This document shows positions 58,223 through 64,000 of a DNA stretch of 64,000 bases, one piece after another. Under the pieces are notes generated by a model that was not told the origin of the DNA, searched no databases, and saw only the letters and a list, made by a program, of their open reading frames with translations. Position 1 is the stretch's first letter. Every line of letters starts with the position of its first letter. A program made the translations under genes and the position numbers. The stretch is from Candidatus Zhuqueibacter pondensis (GTDB lineage Bacteria > Zhuqueibacterota > Zhuqueibacteria > Zhuqueibacterales > Zhuqueibacteraceae), in NCBI GenBank assembly GCA_034505955.1, contig JAPDQK010000031.1, positions 2,320-66,319 on the forward strand, in the 5' to 3' direction.

Positions 58223-58591
58223 CAGTCGCAGCAGTAGTAGCAATAGCAGTCATAGATAAATATTGTCTCCATGTCATTAAGTTAAGTCGAAACCTATTTG
58301 TGAAGTCCCGAAAGGGAAGAATGAGAACGGCTTGTCTACATCATTGCGATCGTTCTTTTTCAACCGTCTCTTACGGGACTCGCGAGGCATTTACGGATAA
58401 TGCTTTCCCAACAAAAAATTGTTGGGCTATTATCGTTTGTCCCCTACAGGCGCAGCTTTCGGGACACTTATGGGCTTAATTTAATGGCATGGGATAATAT
58501 CTGCGTGCTACTGCCACTGCCGATTGCTTCTGATACTTTTGCAAAAACATCCGTGTTTGAATAGTCAGATTTTAATTTTAAGGAGATTCCC

Positions 58592-60175
58592 ATGTCTCTC
58601 TCCAGAATAAATGCCTCCGCGGCAACGTTGACAAAAAATCGAACCGAAGGCTCGATCGTGCCGGCCTCCGGCATGTGTGTCACCTGTGTGGACGGCTGCA
58701 TCGGCATGTGCGAGATCGGCAAATCCGCCTATCGCGGGCACGAGGTGATATACCCGCAGCCGTTTGGCGTGATCACGACGGCCGCCGAGAAGAACTATCC
58801 GATCGATTACTCGCATTTCAACATCATGGGTACCGTTGTGGGTGCGTTTGGCGTCGAAGCGGACAGCGACAAGGCGATCTTTCCAGCCGTCAATCTTGAA
58901 GTCGCTTTCGGTCATGACCACGGCCTGAAGTTTCGTTATCCGTGGATCATCCCCGGCATCGGCTCGACGGATATTGCCAAGAACAACTGGGAAGGCCTGG
59001 CCATCGGCTCGGCACTTGCTGGCACCGGCTTGACCATTGGAGAGAATGTCGTGGGCATGGATCCCAATGCGGTCATCAAGAATGGACGCGTAGTCGATAC
59101 GGTGGATTTGAAGCGCCGCGTGCGACTTTACACGGATTATCAACGTGACGGTTATGGCGCCATCATTGTACAGTCAAACATCGAGGACACTCGTCTCGGC
59201 GTGCACGAGTATGCGATCGACAAGCTCGGCGTCATGTGTGTTGAGCTGAAGTGGGGACAGGGTGCAAAAAATATCGGTGGCGAGGTCAAGATCCGAGATT
59301 TGAGAAAAGCACAAATGCTGTACGAGCGCGGCTACATCGTGCTGCCGAATCCCACCGATCCTCATGTCATCAAAGCCTTCGAGCGTGGAGCATTCAAAGA
59401 ATTCGAGCGGCACTCGCGCGTCGGCATGGTTACCGAAGAGTCGTTTGCCAAACGAGTGGAAGAACTGCGTCGAGCCGGCGCCAAGTATATTTTCCTCAAG
59501 ACCGGCGCGTATCGTCCTGCGGATTTGGCACGCGCCGTCGTGTTTGCCTCCAAATACAAATTGGATCTGCTCACGGTTGACGGGGCAGGTGGCGGTACCG
59601 GTATGAGTCCGTGGCGGATGATGAACGAATGGGGCGTGCCGCCGGTGGAATTGCATGCGCTGCTGTATCACTATGCCAAACGGTTGGCGCAGAAAAAAAT
59701 GTATTTGCCGGCCCTGGCGGTTGCCGGTGGATTCACGTTCGAGGATCAAATTTTCAAAGGCCTCGCCTTGGGCGCGCCGTTCGTGAAGCTCGTGGGCATG
59801 GCACGCTCGCCGATTGCCGCGGCCATGGTCGGCAAAACCATCGGCCGCGCCATCGAAGAGAATCAGCTTCCCGTGTACATTGAGCGCTTCGGCCATACGA
59901 AGGATGAAATCTTTGTGACCGCCAGTGTGCTGCGCAAGGAATTGGGCGATGAGGATTTTGAGAAAATCCCGGCTGGTGCACTCGGGCTTTACACTTATTA
60001 CGAGCGCCTCGCCCAGGGTTTGCGGCAACTCATGGCGGGCAGTCGTAAATTTTCGTTGGCATATATCACCCGCGATGATATTGCGGCGCTCACTCGTGAA
60101 GCTGCGGAGATTAGCGGCATCAAATATGTGATGGAAGTCGATCAGGAAGAAGTCGAGAAAATTCTCAATTCTTGA
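58592..60175 (+). CDS. Stand-alone GltB-like (glutamate synthase FMN-domain family) protein with N-terminal Cys cluster
   Basis: 527 aa. N-terminal CVTCVDGCIGMCEIG. TIM-barrel FMN-domain motifs (VELKWGQGAKNIGGEVK, TVDGAGGGTGMSP). No amidotransferase or GXGXG domain. Confidence 0.8.
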   Translation: MSLSRINASAATLTKNRTEGSIVPASGMCVTCVDGCIGMCEIGKSAYRGHEVIYPQPFGVITTAAEKNYPIDYSHFNIMGTVVGAFGVEADSDKAIFPAVNLEVAFGHDHGLKFRYPWIIPGIGSTDIAKNNWEGLAIGSALAGTGLTIGENVVGMDPNAVIKNGRVVDTVDLKRRVRLYTDYQRDGYGAIIVQSNIEDTRLGVHEYAIDKLGVMCVELKWGQGAKNIGGEVKIRDLRKAQMLYERGYIVLPNPTDPHVIKAFERGAFKEFERHSRVGMVTEESFAKRVEELRRAGAKYIFLKTGAYRPADLARAVVFASKYKLDLLTVDGAGGGTGMSPWRMMNEWGVPPVELHALLYHYAKRLAQKKMYLPALAVAGGFTFEDQIFKGLALGAPFVKLVGMARSPIAAAMVGKTIGRAIEENQLPVYIERFGHTKDEIFVTASVLRKELGDEDFEKIPAGALGLYTYYERLAQGLRQLMAGSRKFSLAYITRDDIAALTREAAEISGIKYVMEVDQEEVEKILNS

Positions 60176-60194
60176 AATAGATCATTTTTTTGAT

Positions 60195-60226
60195 GAATTC
60201 GGCGTGCCACGGCATACGCCGAATTT
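60195..60226 (+). terminator. Rho-independent terminator after the GltB-like gene
   Basis: aattcggcgt / acgccgaatt 10-bp stem followed by tttt. Confidence 0.6.
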
Positions 60227-60259
60227 TCTCATTCTGTTTGGAATGCCCCTCCTATTAAA

Positions 60260-60290
60260 GATCGCCCGGCGGTGGTTCAGCCGGGCGATC
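60260..60290 (-). terminator. Hairpin downstream of the minus-strand glycosidase-like gene
   Basis: gatcgcccgg cggtggttcag ccgggcgatc is a 10-bp GC-rich stem, 28 nt past the stop at 60318. Confidence 0.45.
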
Positions 60291-60317
60291 CGATTTTGAA
60301 GAATCCTCTCTTGTGCG

Positions 60318-62360
60318 CTACCGTACCATTATGAGTTTACGCGTTTGTAAGAAGTTACCCGTTTTCATCACCACCAAATACACGCCGCTTTGAACCGGTT
60401 TGCCCGCCTCATCCCGGCCATCCCAAACGACTTGATGCCGCCCGGCGTCAGAACGGCGGTCGAGGAGTGTGCGCACTTTTTGGCCGAGGGCATTGAAGAT
60501 GGTGAGCGTGACGTGCGTCGTTTTGGGTAAACTAAAAGCGATGGTTGTGCTCGGGTTTCCCGTTGAACGGGATTTCGCTGCGCTCAAAAAAGGATTGGGA
60601 TAATTCTGCTCGAGCGCAAATGCAATCGGCAACGATGACGGCGGCCGCGTGGCAATGCCGACAACTCTTGCATTTTCTAAAAAAATCGGCTCGTAGCCCA
60701 ATTGCATCGTGACCCGCCGATTTTGAGTAACGAGCGTTTCCACTTCTGGCGTCGTATTCACCGTGTCCGTGATAATGTGGGTTAATAACAATGTATCGCT
60801 TTCAACTCCGAAGGTCACGGTTTCGCCGTTGGGCTTGCTGTAATCAAGATCCGGTGGAGCCTCGCCGGTTTCGCTCCATGCAATATAGACTGGGCCGCGG
60901 GGGCGCTCAAATTTGTAAACCCGCGTGCGCGGATTTGAGCTCACCGGAATTTCAGTTGCTGCAATGAAATCATGCAATTTTTCGACCAGCAATTTATAGG
61001 TATGATATTGCGGCTTCTCGAAGTAGTTCTCGTCGCGGGTGCCAGTGAGATTGATCCAGCCGAGTGAAGTGCCGCGGCCGATGAGCAGCCCCCAAATTGG
61101 CTCGTCGCGCGCGACATCGTTGGTACCGGAAAAGCAAGCAACAATGGCGCCTTCGCCAAAAGCAGAGACAAGGGATTTCACCAGGCGCCGGGCGCCATTG
61201 GCAGAGTACCAATTCAAAACCGCCTGATCGTCATTCGTCAATTTCTGATTGAGCTCGTCATAAGGATTGATCGAGGTGAAGAGCGCGTTGGGGAAATCGC
61301 CGTTGATCCTCTTCACCCAATCCGTACCGGCGAAGGGATTGGCAGGGGCGTTGAATTGCGCCGCGCCGGGAATGTTCCCGAGGTATGGCCGGAAATAACC
61401 ATTGGCAAAAAGGTTCGTCCACATATCATCGACGTAGATGGGCTTGTTCCCCGCACGGGCGTGGATAAGCTTGAACTCCTGATCAATCACGCGCCAATTG
61501 AAATGAGGGTGCCAACCGATGTAGTCGCACTCGATGCCATCCGCATCATTGCCGAAGCTATCCAACATCTTTTTGAGACTGTCCCAGCCCGCCGTGTAGG
61601 TGCTGCCGCGATAGTTTTCTCCTCGGAGCCGTCGCTGGACCTTGCTGTTGGGATCTACCGGATCAAATTCCGGATAGTCCGGGAAATCGGCATAGAGGTC
61701 CCAGAGCACAGCGCCGCTGGAAACCACTTTGGAGTTACCTGTGGGATCGGCTTCGTGAACCGCCTGGTAGGTCAGACGGTGCAGCCGCAGAAGATTGTCG
61801 ATGGTGTCGGCCCAGAAGGGTCCCTTTTCATCATCGCCGGTTCCCGTCATGCCAAACTTGATCTCGCCTGGCAGGATGTAATGTCGAATGGGCTGCTGCA
61901 GGCCAGGCATGTCGTTTACACCATCGCCATCGTAGCGCTCAACAACGGCTTTGACATAATTGATCCAGTCCTGCTCGAAGGCGGGCTCGGGTAAACATGC
62001 CCCATGCCGACCTGCACCGCAGTCGGGCTTGTTGGGAAAGGCCCATAACACGTTGGGCGTGAAGTACCAGGCCAGAGAAAATCCGTGCCGTCCCAAAAGT
62101 TTGACGAGTGAATCGGTTTCCGTAAATTCTATTGGAGCATTCGGGCCAGAACGCTGCATACCGAACCAAGCGGTAACAGCGTTCACGTTGATGTCTCCCC
62201 GCTGAGTGATTTTCTCCAATTTACTGAGCAAGAGCTCATGTTTCGGATGTGTTCCGGCTTCATTATATTCGAAGCCGAAGCGGCTTGCGAGCTGGGCGTT
62301 GGCCGAGGGCACGGCTGCCCACAGAGTAACCGTCAGTGTGAAAAAGAGCATTCGCTTCAT
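60318..62360 (-). CDS. Secreted putative glycoside hydrolase-like (TIM-barrel-like) protein with CTD
   Basis: 680 aa with signal MKRMLFFTLTVTLWAAVPSANAQ. CTD (NYPNPFLSAAKS...IFNALGQKV...WDGRDEAGKPVQSGVYLVVMKT...KLIMVR) is clear. The catalytic family is not identifiable by eye. Confidence 0.5.
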   Translation of the reverse strand: MKRMLFFTLTVTLWAAVPSANAQLASRFGFEYNEAGTHPKHELLLSKLEKITQRGDINVNAVTAWFGMQRSGPNAPIEFTETDSLVKLLGRHGFSLAWYFTPNVLWAFPNKPDCGAGRHGACLPEPAFEQDWINYVKAVVERYDGDGVNDMPGLQQPIRHYILPGEIKFGMTGTGDDEKGPFWADTIDNLLRLHRLTYQAVHEADPTGNSKVVSSGAVLWDLYADFPDYPEFDPVDPNSKVQRRLRGENYRGSTYTAGWDSLKKMLDSFGNDADGIECDYIGWHPHFNWRVIDQEFKLIHARAGNKPIYVDDMWTNLFANGYFRPYLGNIPGAAQFNAPANPFAGTDWVKRINGDFPNALFTSINPYDELNQKLTNDDQAVLNWYSANGARRLVKSLVSAFGEGAIVACFSGTNDVARDEPIWGLLIGRGTSLGWINLTGTRDENYFEKPQYHTYKLLVEKLHDFIAATEIPVSSNPRTRVYKFERPRGPVYIAWSETGEAPPDLDYSKPNGETVTFGVESDTLLLTHIITDTVNTTPEVETLVTQNRRVTMQLGYEPIFLENARVVGIATRPPSSLPIAFALEQNYPNPFLSAAKSRSTGNPSTTIAFSLPKTTHVTLTIFNALGQKVRTLLDRRSDAGRHQVVWDGRDEAGKPVQSGVYLVVMKTGNFLQTRKLIMVR

Positions 62361-62451
62361 GAGGTTCTTCTCAAAGAATTGACTGGTACGAATCGCAACG
62401 CGGCCTGCAGCCGCAACCCACCGACTGATGAAATGACGTTTCGTCGTCGTG

Positions 62452-62522
62452 CCCTACGGGCGTAGCCTTCAGACACCGTGCGATAGTGAGCGCCCGGCTC
62501 CTGAAGGCCTACGCCTGTAGGG
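62452..62522. repeat. REP-like long hairpin between two minus-strand genes (probable terminator)
   Basis: ccctacgggcgtagccttcag ... ctgaaggcctacgcctgtaggg are ~21-bp arms with one or two mismatches and a ~28-nt loop. Confidence 0.6.
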
Positions 62523-62550
62523 AGCTACTACAAAAGTTATTTTCAGAGGA

Positions 62551-64000
62551 CTATAATGCAATCCGCAACCCGAAGCCCAGTGTCAGGGTTTCAACCAGAT
62601 TCGGCAGCTTGCGTTCCTCCAAGCCCTCGGATTCTTCCTTCACCTGATTGAATGCCGCAGGGATAATCGAAGAACGGACGCCGACCTGTAGCTCCACCGG
62701 CTGGTGAAGAGAGGGAATGAGGCGCTGCACTCCAAAGCGGATGGAAGTACCCGCCGTGAGGTGAAACACGGATCGCAGCGGAACAACATCCTCCTCTTTG
62801 GTGTAAATGAAATCCATACGTTGCAGAAAGCCGGCACGTATATTGACGGGGGCAATCAATGCCGGAAGGTCGATATAGCCGCCGAAATAGGAAGAACCGA
62901 AATCGGGAGAGTCGCGGGGAATCTCCGCTCCTGCATAGAAACCGAAAATCAGAAACTGGAGGCCGCCGGCAACCCCGGTGTAGCCACCGATCGCCACCTC
63001 TCCGGCCTCTTCAAAGAAAAGACTGTCCTTTTCAAAGTCGCGAAGAGTGAGATTGGCATTGCCTTCCACACGCGGCAGCTTGGTGACATCCAATGCCACA
63101 TCGTGCAGGTCCGGATTGACAGGCGGCCCGGCCGTATGCACGACTCGAATCCGGTAAGAACCCTCCAGTTTATCGCGATAACCTCGTTCAACAGTCAGCC
63201 CCAACTTGAACAGTTTCAGATCGAGGCTGGAGCCGGCCATTATCGCCCAGCGACTGCCCTTCACGCCCAACTGATAATCTGCCTCGAAGGGTTTGTCCTC
63301 AAATTGGACCGAAGCCCGCATCGTGCCCGTCCAGGGCTGCTTGGTGATGGGATCCACGCCGTAAGGAGTGCCCACGATATTGGCAGTGCCCCGAAGACTT
63401 GTCGTCACCGAAGCCACTTCATTGCTCGAGGAAATGTGCAGGTATTTGGCGCCCACACCGAATGACAAAGCCCTCCAGCGATATGCAGCACCAAAAAACA
63501 TTGGGAGTGTCGATAGATAGATTTCCGCAGGTCTGCTGAACAGTTCCAAATCGGTTTGAGCCTCGACTTGCCATTGCATGGGAATGGACGCTACCGGCAA
63601 GTCGGGCACCATTTCGCGGGTGATCGGCTCGTTGACCTCAAAATGAAACTGCATGCTGGTTTTACCGCTGGCGGACAGTCGCACGCCGGCGCGCCGAGGC
63701 TGCATGAAGCCAAAGCCCAGCACAAATTTTCCCACCTGCCGTCCGATGGCGAAAGCCGCAAGGCCTCCTCGTTCTTTCATCTCGATCTCACTTTGCAGAT
63801 TCACAGCTTCGTACTCCTTGGTGGAATCGAGCAACTGCAGGTCAAAACTGCCCCGGTCACTGTGAGAAAATCCAATGGCGAATCCCAACTCGGTCTTGCG
63901 CACCGAAGCCAGCGCCGCGGGATTGGTGATCAGACCGATGGCTCCCTGGGCCGTTGCCGGATTCAGGTAGCCGGGATTCAGTGCGAACAGGCTGGCCTCG
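62551..64000 (-). CDS. Outer-membrane beta-barrel-like protein, partial: the N-terminus lies beyond the window end
   Basis: The reading frame stays open upstream of the GTG at 63903 to the window edge (EASLFALNPGYLNPATAQGAIGLITNPAALASV...). The NPAALA-type motif resembles the barrel N-terminus of the 21901-24588 protein. Alternating beta-strand pattern with an aromatic C-terminus. Confidence 0.5.
   Translation of the reverse strand, partial: EASLFALNPGYLNPATAQGAIGLITNPAALASVRKTELGFAIGFSHSDRGSFDLQLLDSTKEYEAVNLQSEIEMKERGGLAAFAIGRQVGKFVLGFGFMQPRRAGVRLSASGKTSMQFHFEVNEPITREMVPDLPVASIPMQWQVEAQTDLELFSRPAEIYLSTLPMFFGAAYRWRALSFGVGAKYLHISSSNEVASVTTSLRGTANIVGTPYGVDPITKQPWTGTMRASVQFEDKPFEADYQLGVKGSRWAIMAGSSLDLKLFKLGLTVERGYRDKLEGSYRIRVVHTAGPPVNPDLHDVALDVTKLPRVEGNANLTLRDFEKDSLFFEEAGEVAIGGYTGVAGGLQFLIFGFYAGAEIPRDSPDFGSSYFGGYIDLPALIAPVNIRAGFLQRMDFIYTKEEDVVPLRSVFHLTAGTSIRFGVQRLIPSLHQPVELQVGVRSSIIPAAFNQVKEESEGLEERKLPNLVETLTLGFGLRIAL

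Noticed and set aside
58223-58591. Glutamine (glnA-type) riboswitch upstream of the GltB-like gene
   Set aside because: I looked for the conserved glnA-RNA core (ACGGAAGUAGG / GAAGGAACG-like strands). I found only a loose resemblance (gggaagaatgagaacgg), which is not enough to call.
1-64000. Search for tRNA, rRNA, tmRNA, RNase P, integron attC or prophage features
   Set aside because: Scanning the intergenic regions by eye showed no cloverleaf-like or rRNA-like sequences, no integrase, recombinase or reverse transcriptase genes, and no phage structural genes. A proper tRNAscan/Infernal run is still advisable.

Overview
This is a single bacterial contig of moderate GC. By eye I found no rRNA, tRNA or CRISPR array. 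There are about 36 credible protein genes.

Housekeeping genes are interleaved with a secretome-rich accessory complement. The housekeeping set is recN, dnaE, thymidine phosphorylase, thrC, a lipid kinase and an M16 peptidase. Six proteins end in the same ~80-aa T9SS/FlgD-Ig-like C-terminal sorting domain (CTD). Together with PorV/PorP-like outer-membrane barrels, this suggests an uncultivated FCB-superphylum bacterium (inference).

Most notable observations:
1. A tightly packed 15.8-kb five-gene minus-strand operon (19570-35273). It joins three CTD-secreted surface proteins, including a 1849-aa FG-GAP/LTD/dockerin/cohesin giant, to an outer-membrane barrel-transglutaminase-TPR protein and a CHASE2-CHAT (sensor-caspase-like protease) fusion. 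This is my best candidate for an undescribed system.
2. A second CHASE2 module: a LysM/FecR protein plus a CHASE2-Ser/Thr kinase (40494-43677).
3. A GAF histidine kinase and an NtrC-type regulator, followed by a near-consensus sigma-54 promoter. The promoter precedes a Cys-rich protein, HydC/HydB-like (NuoE/NuoF-like) subunits, a 2Fe-2S/4Fe-4S protein and a stand-alone GltB-like FMN protein. This could be a new Bfu-type oxidoreductase.
4. At least three foldback MITE families, all built around a dispersed CTACGGGCGTAG palindromic unit. Inverted MITE copies bracket both the five-gene operon and a 15-kb core segment.
5. Small cassettes: an MNT-HEPN toxin-antitoxin pair and an AT-rich overlapping two-gene module of unknown function.

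All functional calls rest on motifs read directly from the translations. No database search was possible.
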